A stretch of 38,448 nt of DNA from Alphaproteobacteria bacterium (GTDB lineage: Bacteria > Pseudomonadota > Alphaproteobacteria > Puniceispirillales > Puniceispirillaceae). The stretch is taken from the NCBI GenBank assembly GCA_011522945.1, contig WTHY01000150.1, positions 1 to 38,448 on the forward strand. The letters run 5' to 3'. Of the stretch, positions 25,827 through 34,445 are shown piece after piece. The notes beneath the pieces are model-generated. The model did no database searches. It saw nothing but the letters and a program-made list of their open reading frames with translations, and was not told where the DNA came from. Both the position numbers and the translations under genes were made by a program. Each line of letters begins with the position of its first letter. Positions within the stretch are counted from its first letter, which is position 1.

Positions 25827-26090
25827 GAGATTAGTCATGATCTATGACAAGGCTGTTCACGCAACAAACATACATGATTTCACACGCTGGATAGTCTAGC
25901 CGAATGGCAAGGCGTTAACGCAGCAAATATACATGATTGTGCGCGCTAGACAGTCTGGCCGCATGGCAAGATTGAAAACTAACAGGCATGACTGCTTGAC
26001 CCTGCTTTGTAGCTATAGGGGTTTTTCTAACCATCTGGCCCGACCGTGAATGCCATCAGCCTGCATGATCTACCCAGCTGAAACGACTAC
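25795..26090. repeat. Degenerate tandem repeats (about 55-77 nt period, 3 good and 2 weak copies) that begin inside the 3' end of the DUF3833 CDS
   Basis: The anchor CATGAYT occurs at 25799, 25873, 25932, 25987 and 26064 with alignable flanks. The segment 26046-26090 re-copies the last 45 nt of the CDS. Confidence 0.7.
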
Positions 26091-26100
26091 CAAATATTCG

Positions 26101-28014
26101 CTAGCCATTTGCGATAAGGTTATTCGCTTCAAGGACGGCTGTGATCTCATCTAAAATAGCAGGATCATCAATTGTGGCAGGCATCGGATAATCCTCGCCA
26201 TTAGCAATTTTCTGCATGGTGCCGCGCAAGATTTTGCCAGAGCGTGTCTTTGGCAAACGCTGCACGATAACAGCTAGTTTGAAAGCAGCAACCGGACCGA
26301 TTTCTGAGCGCACGAGCTGAATAATTTCGGCAATGATATCCGCACCAGCACGTGCCACACCTGATTTCAGCACGATAAAGCCAAGTGGCACCTGACCTTT
26401 CAAAGCATCATTAATGCCAAGAACAGCACATTCTGCTACATCCTGATGAGACGCCAGCACCTCTTCCATACCGCCTGTTGATAGGCGGTGACCGGCAACA
26501 TTTATAATATCGTCAGTTCGTGACATGACATACAGATAGCCATCCTCATCACAATACCCGGCATCACCAGTTTTGTAATACCCCGGATAATCATTCATAT
26601 AGGCATCTAGGAACCGTGTGTCATTATTCCACAATGTTGGTAATGAGCCTGGCGCCATTGGTAATTTCACAACGATTGCGCCAATTTCGCCAGCTGGCAG
26701 CGCCTTTCCTGCCTCGTCAAGTATTTGCACATTCCAGCTCGGCACGGGCCGCCCTGGAGACCCTACTTTTACCGGACTATTTTCCAGACCGCCTGCAAGT
26801 CCCAGACAGGTAGAGGCAATCGCCCAGCCTGTTTCTGTCTGCCACCAATGATCAATTGTAGGCACACCAAGCTTATCCTCACACCAGCGTAATGTATCAG
26901 GATCACATCTTTCACCTGCTAACCATTGAGATTTGAAGTGTGACAAATCATAATCCGCTATCAGCTTGCCGTCTGGGTCTTCTTTCTTAATCGCACGGAT
27001 AGCTGTCGGCGCTGTGAACATTGCCTTTACCTTATGTTCTGAAATCACACGCCAGAAGGCACCTGCATCTGGTGTGCCAACAGGTTTGCCCTCATACATA
27101 ATAGTTGTGCATCCATAGAAGAGTGGCGCATAAACGATATAGGAATGTCCGACGACCCAGCCAACATCAGATGCGGCCCAAAACACATCTCCAGGCGCAC
27201 AGTCATAAATATATTTCATTGACCAGTTTAGAGCGACCATATGCGCTGCTGTTGGCCTGACCACTCCTTTCGGCGTGCCTGTGGTGCCAGATGTGTAAAG
27301 AATATACGCTGGATCCTCAGATTTTACCGGCACACAGCTAGCTGGCTCTGCCTTTGCCATTTCAGAATTCCAGTCCAGATCACGGCCATCTATCATGCTG
27401 GCGGCTGACTGCTCCCTCTGCAATAGAATAACATGGTCTGGCTTATGGGCTGATATTTCAATAGCTTCATCAAGCAATGGCTTATAGTCAACGATGCGGG
27501 ATGGCTCAATGCCGCAAGAGGCTGTCACAATCAATTTAGGCGTCGCATCATCAATCCGCTTGGCGAGCTCAGCTGCGGCAAAACCGCCAAATACGACAGA
27601 GTGAATGGCACCAATACGTGCGCAAGCCAGCATAGCGACAGCAGCTTCTGGGATCATCGGCATATAAATAATAACACGATCGCCATAGCCAACACCATTT
27701 GCCTTCAGCGCCCCAGCAAATCTGGCCGTTTCATCCTGCAGCTCTGCATAAGATATCGTTCTTTTGCTGTTGGTTACAGGACTATCATAAATAATAGCTG
27801 CTTGTTCGCCTCTTCCGGCAAGCACATGCCTGTCGATCGCATTATAGCAACCGTTCAGACTGCCGCCGACAAACCAACGATAAAAAGGTGGGTTGCTATC
27901 ATCTAAGATTGTTGTTGCTGGTGTGATCCAATCAATATCACCGGCAGCGTCAGCCCAAAATTGTGCTGGGTCCTGCAATGCCTCTTCAGCAATCTTCATA
28001 AAGCTATTCGTCAT
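26101..28014 (-). CDS. prpE: Propionate--CoA ligase (AMP-forming acyl-CoA synthetase, PrpE-like)
   Basis: RWFVGGSLNGCYNAIDRH, YMPMIPEAAVAMLACARIGAIHSVVFGGFA and YTSGTTGTPKG closely resemble enterobacterial PrpE. The ATG at 28014 has GGGAGG 7 nt upstream. Confidence 0.8.
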   Translation of the reverse strand: MTNSFMKIAEEALQDPAQFWADAAGDIDWITPATTILDDSNPPFYRWFVGGSLNGCYNAIDRHVLAGRGEQAAIIYDSPVTNSKRTISYAELQDETARFAGALKANGVGYGDRVIIYMPMIPEAAVAMLACARIGAIHSVVFGGFAAAELAKRIDDATPKLIVTASCGIEPSRIVDYKPLLDEAIEISAHKPDHVILLQREQSAASMIDGRDLDWNSEMAKAEPASCVPVKSEDPAYILYTSGTTGTPKGVVRPTAAHMVALNWSMKYIYDCAPGDVFWAASDVGWVVGHSYIVYAPLFYGCTTIMYEGKPVGTPDAGAFWRVISEHKVKAMFTAPTAIRAIKKEDPDGKLIADYDLSHFKSQWLAGERCDPDTLRWCEDKLGVPTIDHWWQTETGWAIASTCLGLAGGLENSPVKVGSPGRPVPSWNVQILDEAGKALPAGEIGAIVVKLPMAPGSLPTLWNNDTRFLDAYMNDYPGYYKTGDAGYCDEDGYLYVMSRTDDIINVAGHRLSTGGMEEVLASHQDVAECAVLGINDALKGQVPLGFIVLKSGVARAGADIIAEIIQLVRSEIGPVAAFKLAVIVQRLPKTRSGKILRGTMQKIANGEDYPMPATIDDPAILDEITAVLEANNLIANG

Positions 28015-28212
28015 AACATGGCCTCCCAACCTCAAAAAACCAAACTATAGTGTCTCAGCAACTCGCAGCCTGTAAAGATGAAATACGCGCCTGTTGAAAC
28101 AGAAACCGGAAAAGAGGGGGATGTAATTTCCGCGAAACGTCACACACTGGATTTTTGTTGCTCTCTCGCGTATAGTGGCGTCTCTATTTAAGGTCAAGAT
28201 CAAGCTGGAAAG

Positions 28213-28419
28213 ATGTCGCAGTCAGATAATCATGCCATTCAAATTGCCTTGAATAATTTGCTGTCAGAACATCGTGATCTAGATGATGTCATTGAAAGGC
28301 TGGCAAATGGTGCCTCTTTCGACCAGCTTCAGCTGCAGAGATTGAAAAAGCGAAAATTAATTTTAAAAGACGAGATCATCAAATTGCGGGCAAAATTGGT
28401 GCCTGATATTATTGCGTGA
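28213..28419 (+). CDS. DUF465 (YdcH-like) small protein
   Basis: EHRDLDDVI and LKKRKLILKDEI match the DUF465 pattern. Confidence 0.75.
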   Translation: MSQSDNHAIQIALNNLLSEHRDLDDVIERLANGASFDQLQLQRLKKRKLILKDEIIKLRAKLVPDIIA

Positions 28420-28491
28420 GCCTGTATCAACAAGCAGTCATAGCAGCCAGCATATATTCTTTTCTACCTTTGAAATAAGGCTTAAAACATA

Positions 28492-29001
28492 ATGTCACAA
28501 AATATAGTTTCTTCTGAAAATGCACCTATCGTGATTTGTATGGGCAGTCAGTCAGATTGGCCTACAATGCAACATGCAGCTGAAATGCTAGACAGTCTTA
28601 ATGTGGCTTATGACGCACGTATAATTTCAGCCCATCGCACGCCGGATAGACTTGCCAATTTTGCCCATTCAGCTGCAGATGTAGGACACCAAGTCATCAT
28701 TGCAGGTGCCGGCGGTGCCGCGCATTTGCCTGGCATGATAGCTGCCCATACAAATCTGCCGGTTCTTGGCGTGCCTGTTGAGTCAGCGGCTCTCAAAGGT
28801 ATGGATTCGCTTCTATCCATTGTCCAAATGCCTGGTGGTGTACCAGTTGGCACGCTGGCGATAGGCAAAGCAGGTGCAAAAAATGCTGCCTTGCTAGCTG
28901 CCCAGATTTTGGCATTGTCTGACCCAGATTTAGCCGGCCGATTACAGGCATGGCGCACAGCGCAGACTGAAAGTGTCACAGACACGCCTCAGTTAGATTA
29001 A
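28492..29001 (+). CDS. purE: N5-carboxyaminoimidazole ribonucleotide mutase
   Basis: [17 protein letters not shown] and [10 protein letters not shown] motifs. Confidence 0.95.
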   Translation: MSQNIVSSENAPIVICMGSQSDWPTMQHAAEMLDSLNVAYDARIISAHRTPDRLANFAHSAADVGHQVIIAGAGGAAHLPGMIAAHTNLPVLGVPVESAALKGMDSLLSIVQMPGGVPVGTLAIGKAGAKNAALLAAQILALSDPDLAGRLQAWRTAQTESVTDTPQLD

Positions 29002-29042
29002 GCCGTCTATAACCCTAAATTCTAGTATATGAGTCAATTGAC

Positions 29043-30104
29043 ATGAAACCATTTACCTTAGGCATTCTTGGCGCCGGGCAACTTGGGCGGATGACAGCGA
29101 TTGCAGCGGCACAGCTTGGCATCAAATCACATATTTATGCACCAGATGCTGCTGGTAGCCCAGCTGCTGAAGTGGCTGCATTTGCAACGACTGGTGCTTA
29201 TGATGATAAGGTAGCTTTGGTAAAATTTGCTAAATCAGTAGATGCAGTCACATCTGAATTTGAAAATGTGCCTGCCTCTGCAATGACTTTACTATCTGAG
29301 CATGTGCCTGCCAGCCCCGGGGCAAAGGCACTTGGGGTTGCACAAAACAGACTGTCGGAAAAAAACCTAGCACGCGAGCTAGGTATAAGCGTTCCTGACT
29401 TTTGGGCCATTCATTCAGATGAGGCCCTGGCTGCTGCACTTGATGCACTCCAAGGCAAAGGTGTGTTGAAAACAACAACTATGGGATATGATGGCAAGGG
29501 CCAAATGCGAGTCTCAACAGGTGATGATGCAGCCTCTATTTTTGCGCAAATGGGATCTGAGGAACTTATCTTGGAAGCCTTTGTGCCCTTTGCTTATGAG
29601 GTCAGCTTTCTGGTGGGTCGCACAGCAGGCGGTCAGATAAGCCATTTCCCAGCAACCCAGAATCATCATGAAAATGGCATCCTTGCAACCTCTATTGCGC
29701 CTGCAGATTGTCCTGAAACAGTTGTTGAGGCAGGCCAAAAAGCTGCTGAAGATTTAGCCTCAGCCCTCGAGCTAACAGGGGTAATGGCGATGGAGAGTTT
29801 CATCACTAAAGATGGGCAGCTAATATTCAACGAAATTGCCCCACGCCCGCATAACTCATTTCACTGGACGATCGAGGGTTGTGAGACAAGCCAATTTACA
29901 CAGCTTGCCCGTATTATGGCCGGCTTGCCACTTGGGGCTACCGAAGCGCGTGGCCTATGGAAAATGCAAAATCTCCTTGGCCAGCATATGGACGAAGTGC
30001 CTGACCATCTTCACAGATCTGGTAGGGCTTTACATCTATATGGCAAGGCAGAAGCAAAGACAGATAGAAAAATGGGCCATGTCACATGGCCTATTGATGG
30101 CTAG
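29043..30104 (+). CDS. purK: N5-carboxyaminoimidazole ribonucleotide synthase
   Basis: GILGAGQLGRM, an ATP-grasp core, NEIAPRPHNS and RKMGHV at the C-terminus. Confidence 0.9.
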   Translation: MKPFTLGILGAGQLGRMTAIAAAQLGIKSHIYAPDAAGSPAAEVAAFATTGAYDDKVALVKFAKSVDAVTSEFENVPASAMTLLSEHVPASPGAKALGVAQNRLSEKNLARELGISVPDFWAIHSDEALAAALDALQGKGVLKTTTMGYDGKGQMRVSTGDDAASIFAQMGSEELILEAFVPFAYEVSFLVGRTAGGQISHFPATQNHHENGILATSIAPADCPETVVEAGQKAAEDLASALELTGVMAMESFITKDGQLIFNEIAPRPHNSFHWTIEGCETSQFTQLARIMAGLPLGATEARGLWKMQNLLGQHMDEVPDHLHRSGRALHLYGKAEAKTDRKMGHVTWPIDG

Positions 30105-30135
30105 GCAAAAGCCAACCTGGCCATAGCGTTTAAAA

Positions 30136-30430
30136 TTTGCCTTTACTCTGGCTGAGTGTAGGCCAGTCTGGTTATGCAGTTGCACTCTTGCCAACGCGTT
30201 ATTTAAGCCGTGGAACTCCAGCAATGTCCATGCATTTTTGCCAATATTTCGGCTAAGCATACGCCAGTCTGGTTATGCAGTTGCACTTTTGCCAACGCTC
30301 TAGCTAAACACACGAACCCTCACCAATATGTTTCTAACGTTATCCACGGTTTGTTCAGACGCACACGGTCTTGGGGATAGCTATATAAGTTTGGTTATGC
30401 TCGGGTCAGGCTTGCAGGATCTAACCCAAA
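30136..30430. repeat. Tandem repeat with about 101-nt period: two good copies plus a third decayed copy
   Basis: The segment 30162-30197 matches 30263-30298 at 35 of 36 positions (gccagtctggttatgcagttgcact[c/t]ttgccaacgc). The flanks are weakly alignable. A partial third copy (agtttggttatgc) lies near 30388. Confidence 0.75.
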
Positions 30431-30538
30431 AGCAATTTGTTTAGAGATAAATTTGGCCAGATCTAAATAGCGACTTTCCAGAATAATTTAACAGTAATGC
30501 TAAAATAGATTTAGGGCTGTCAGACGATGTCTCGCCGT

Positions 30539-31453
30539 TTAATTTTCCAGCGCCTGCAAATCAAATGGCGTGTCACGATAAAGTGTATTCAACCAGTTAG
30601 CAGCGAGTAAATAGGCAAAGGGCCGCCAGTAATTTACCGGCGGCTTTGTAGCATCATCTGCCGGAAAATAATGTTTAGGCAGCGGTGTAGCCAACCCCTC
30701 AGCTGCATCTCTATGATATTCATCAGCTAATGTGTGCGCATCATATTCCAGATGATTTAATACATATAAATCTCCAGATTCTGTATGTCGCAGCATCCCG
30801 ACACCAGCCTCCTCGCTATGCGCAAGCACATCAAGTCCAGCAGATTCAGCTTCAGCTCTATCTGTGTAGGTATAGCGCGAAACCGGCATTGGAAAATTCT
30901 CGGTAAACCCATGCATCAGCCTGTCAGCAGTTCCACTTGGCTGATGATCAAACACGCCGAAAAGCTTTTCCGAAAGCGCATGCTTAGGCAAATCAAACTG
31001 GCAATTTAGGAGCGCCTGCGCGCCCCAGCAAATCCCAAGCCGCCGAAAGCAATGTGTCTGTGACCAGCTAATGATTTCAGCAAGCTCAGGCCAATAGCTC
31101 ACCTCTTCAAATGGTAGTGTCTCCACCGGTGCGCCTGTAACAATTAGCGCATCAAAATATTGATCTCTTACATCATCAAGCTGACGGTAAAAGCGGCGCA
31201 AATAGGCTGGTTCCGTATTTCGCGGTGTATAGCTTGCCGTTGTCATTAAGGTCATTTCAACCTGCAGGGGTGAGCAGCCCATCAGCCTGCCAAATTGGAT
31301 TTCTGTATCACGCTTTTTCGGCATAAGATTCAGCATCAATAATTTCAACGGCCGAATATCCTGACGCGCAGCATCACCAGCAGCAATAATATCAACACCC
31401 TCAGCTGTTAAATCAGCTAAAGCAGGCAGATTATCAGGAACAGAAATCGGCAT
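30539..31453 (-). CDS. metA: Homoserine O-acyltransferase, MetA family
   Basis: 304 aa with LNLMPKKRDTEIQ, the GAP segment and ICWGAQA (catalytic Cys) motifs. Confidence 0.9.
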   Translation of the reverse strand: MPISVPDNLPALADLTAEGVDIIAAGDAARQDIRPLKLLMLNLMPKKRDTEIQFGRLMGCSPLQVEMTLMTTASYTPRNTEPAYLRRFYRQLDDVRDQYFDALIVTGAPVETLPFEEVSYWPELAEIISWSQTHCFRRLGICWGAQALLNCQFDLPKHALSEKLFGVFDHQPSGTADRLMHGFTENFPMPVSRYTYTDRAEAESAGLDVLAHSEEAGVGMLRHTESGDLYVLNHLEYDAHTLADEYHRDAAEGLATPLPKHYFPADDATKPPVNYWRPFAYLLAANWLNTLYRDTPFDLQALEN

Positions 31454-31727
31454 AGGTTTCTCTTGATGCAGAATAGGTTATTGGCATGAAGCCACAATGC
31501 GCATTATATGCCTAAATCATTACGAAAAGACAAGCGCGGCCGCCTAGTGCAGAAAACAATCCAAAAAATCAGCCTCAAGCACGATGCCCCAACCACCTTT
31601 TAAAGGGACTAAAGCAGCCAGCATACCAAAATTAGCGTGATACAATTTTTGTGTCCTAACAGCACCTAAATGTCTACAGCCAAATGCCGTTATTTCAAGG
31701 ACTCAATTTTTATTGGCTACAGTTAGT

Positions 31728-31811
31728 AGACTAGATTTAGTGGACCTCATTTAAAGGACCCCATTTAATCGACCCCGTTTAATGGACCCCATTTAATCGA
31801 CCCAAGTTGCA
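31728..31811. repeat. Tandem array with 14-nt period, about 6 units (4 near-perfect), consensus SGACCCCATTTAAT
   Basis: The units are ggacctcatttaaa, ggaccccatttaat, cgaccccgtttaat, ggaccccatttaat and cgacccaagttgca, with a weaker unit upstream. The period is not a multiple of 3. Confidence 0.85.
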
Positions 31812-31918
31812 TAGCAGCCACAACAAGGCTCTCGTGACATAGCCCCAGCTAAATGACGCTAGCCAATTGGCTTTTGCCTATATGCGTAATCTTGGGAGAT
31901 ATGAGACTAGCAGCCTAC

Positions 31919-32584
31919 TTAACGCGCGCGTCTCTTGCCTGTCATAGATTGCACCATTTGGCCCAGGCCTCTGACAGCTCCTTGCAATGGCGCGGTAAAT
32001 TTTGGAATTTTTGCAACCTCTGACAGGCGCCTATCCAAAAATGCCTTTGTCTTGGTCATATCAGCTGTGTCATCTCCTAAAAATGCCAGCAACGTCGCAC
32101 TATAGACAGCTGAGAGTGTTGCGCGTTTTGTATAAAAAGACGCATCAGTTGCATTATCACCTGCTGCCCGCCACATAGAATCGACTGTTGTGTATAACAG
32201 TTCGGCAGCTAGCTTTGCCTGCTCTGGCTTTGCCAGATAGGCTAATGTTTTACGGACCACCTCTTTATGCGGTGCTGCTTGTTCTAGCCGGATGAGAATC
32301 AAGGCTCTGATTTTCAGATGTATTTTGTCTGGCTGAGGTGACAGAGACTCAAATTCTGCCACCATTTCATCATCAGCCATTTGGCCATAAATTTCGATGG
32401 CAGAGCGCACACCATCAGGCAAAAGGCGATCAATATCAGCATCTGTGAGTGCCTGTTCATCAGCCGCCATTTGCACAGCAGACATAGTCCAACCATCAAA
32501 CGGAATATGCTGTAACGCTGATTTTACAAGTGTTTTTGCAATCCCCGCATCATCTGCATGGCTCTGTTGTGACGACATAATCAC
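31919..32584 (-). CDS. COQ9-like protein (the family known as rpsU-divergently transcribed protein)
   Basis: 221 aa, divergent from rpsU as the family name implies. Helical protein of the expected length. Family membership comes from context and general similarity. Confidence 0.65.
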   Translation of the reverse strand: MIMSSQQSHADDAGIAKTLVKSALQHIPFDGWTMSAVQMAADEQALTDADIDRLLPDGVRSAIEIYGQMADDEMVAEFESLSPQPDKIHLKIRALILIRLEQAAPHKEVVRKTLAYLAKPEQAKLAAELLYTTVDSMWRAAGDNATDASFYTKRATLSAVYSATLLAFLGDDTADMTKTKAFLDRRLSEVAKIPKFTAPLQGAVRGLGQMVQSMTGKRRAR

Positions 32585-32804
32585 TCCTTTAGATTGACCT
32601 GCCTACCTCTGACGGACCGGCCTATATCATAATATAGGAAGTTTTCACGAAAACCCAATAGTCCGGATTTGTGATCTGAACTGGGCAGGCTCTTACATAG
32701 GTCAGACAGGGATGTAGATTCGTCGTTTGACAATCTTTCACAGCTCATGGTATAAAGCGCCTCCTTGTGAGAGTTAACTCTGAATTTTGAAAGGATGAGG
32801 CTAA

Positions 32805-33008
32805 GTGTTAGTCGCTGTTCGTGATAATAATGTTGATCAGGCCCTGCGCGTCTTAAAGAAGAAGATGCAGCGTGAAGGCCTATTCCGTGAAATGAAAAAC
32901 CGCCGTGCATTCGAAAAGCCATCTGAGCGTCGTGCACGTGAAGCTGCTGAATCAACACGCCGTGTGCGTAAGCTGATGCGCAAGCGCATGGAACGTGAAG
33001 GCTACTAG
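32805..33008 (+). CDS. rpsU: 30S ribosomal protein S21
   Basis: A GTG start is preceded by [39 protein letters not shown] is canonical S21. Confidence 0.95.
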   Translation: MLVAVRDNNVDQALRVLKKKMQREGLFREMKNRRAFEKPSERRAREAAESTRRVRKLMRKRMEREGY

Positions 33009-33030
33009 ACCTCGCATGTTTGTGAATTTC

Positions 33031-33060
33031 AAAACCGCCCGCATGATGGGCGGTTTTTTT
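33031..33060. terminator. Rho-independent terminator, plausibly bidirectional, between convergent rpsU and the ABC1 kinase gene
   Basis: The sequence is aaaaccgccc-gcatgat-gggcggttttttt. It forms a 6 G/C bp stem with a 7-nt loop. A 7-T run follows on the plus strand and a 4-A run precedes it. Confidence 0.8.
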
Positions 33061-33084
33061 ATGTCCAAATCTAAAATATGTGCT

Positions 33085-34445
33085 TTAGCTCACCTGACTA
33101 AGGAGCGTCTCTGGCAGGCCAGCTGCAGCAACAGCCTTACGCTGACGTGCTGCAAGTGTCTCCACATCAAATTCTTCAATCATCTCATGATAAATTTGAT
33201 ACCAGTTCACTTCTGCCTTCAGATGCATAAAGACTGAACCTAAGCCTATCGCTGCCCTGTCTAAAAGAACAAATTCCCGAGGCGGTCTTACCCCGCCCAT
33301 TTTTTTGAGTTCTTCATAAACTTTACCAGCTAGCTCACGCCCCTTATTGCCATTATGGGGATTGGCCGAATTGAATCTTCTAACAGCGGTGAATAGACAA
33401 ATCGCGCCCAGATATTCAAAACCTCTATCATATCATCTGATAGATTTTTGAACCCCCATTGCTCATAGGCATGCACAGCTAACTCTGTATTATTTGTCTT
33501 AAGCGCCTCATGTAAATCGATAACGCCGCCGACAAAATGCGGCGGAAAAATGCGGATACAGCCGAAATCCATGAGGTTGACACTTAAGTCAGGCCGTACC
33601 GAATAATTGCCCATATGCGGGTCGCCATGAATGACGCCATAGAAATAAAAAGGCACATACCAGGCTTTGAACATATTTACAGCGAGCTGGTTTCGGTCCT
33701 CCTGAGATGGGTCAGTGCTGAGGAAATCCATCAGCTTTTTCCCCTCCACCCAGCGCATTGTCAGAGCGCGCGCTGATGTCAGCTCAGGTAAAGCTTCTGG
33801 CAGATGCACCACTGGTTCATCAGCTAGCATATGGCGATACAGAGCCATATTCTGAGCCTCTCGCCTGTAATCCAGCTCTTCTCGCAATCGTTCTGAGAGC
33901 TCGTCATAAACATCGCCAGTAGAGATAGCCTTATCAAATCTCTCATATACAGAGAAAATAAGCTTTAACTGACGCAAGTCAGCGTCAATGGCTGATGCCA
34001 TATCTGGATATTGCAACTTCACAGCTACAGGCGCACCATTCACCTCTGCTTTATGCACTTGGCCAAGGGAAGCAGCTGAGCAGGCTTGCTTGTCAAATTG
34101 CGCAAATTTTTGCTGCCAGTCATTGCCAAGTTCTGCTGCCATACGACGTTTTACAAATAACCATCCCATAGGCGGGGCATCTGCTTGAAGAGCAGATAAT
34201 TCCTCAGCATATTCGCGCGGGAGTGCCTCTGGTATGGTTGAGAGAATCTGGGCAACCTTCATCAACGGGCCTTTTAAACCACCAAGCGCCTCACGCAACT
34301 GTGCTGCATGTTTAGCTCTGTCTAGCTCGGCGCCCAGATAGCGTTCACCGGCAAGACGTGCGGCAAGGCCTGACATCGTGGTTGTGACCTGTGCATATCG
34401 CTTGATACGGCCTGTTAAAGCCGACTGACCATCATCTCGCGCCAT
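33085..34445 (-). pseudogene. ABC1/AarF/UbiB-family atypical kinase, interrupted by a 1-nt frame shift
   Basis: The 371-aa ORF (33330..34445) carries KVAQILS and SLGQVHKAEVNGAPVAVKLQYP. The 71-aa ORF (33085..33300) is the family's C-terminal end (PPREFVLLDRAAIGLGSVF). That second frame stays open upstream through NGNKGRELAGKVYEELKK to the first ORF. The junction lies at a C4 run (G4 on the plus strand, 33357-33360). Confidence 0.75.

Noticed and set aside
30036-30260. 74-aa minus-strand ORF in the purK / metA spacer
   Set aside because: It overlaps the purK 3' end and runs across the 101-nt repeat. It has no RBS or family resemblance.
31728-31811. CRISPR-like interpretation of the short tandem arrays (also 10294-10368)
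   Set aside because: The units are contiguous with no unique spacers and are far shorter than CRISPR repeats. No cas genes are present.
32581-32958. 125-aa minus-strand ORF between the COQ9-like gene and rpsU
   Set aside because: It overlaps the rpsU coding region and its RBS on the opposite strand. S21 is unambiguous, so this ORF is a shadow.
33330-33362. Programmed -1 ribosomal frameshifting in the ABC1 kinase
   Set aside because: There is no X-XXY-YYZ slippery heptamer and no obvious downstream stimulatory structure. A homopolymer indel (a mutation or a sequencing error) is the simpler explanation.
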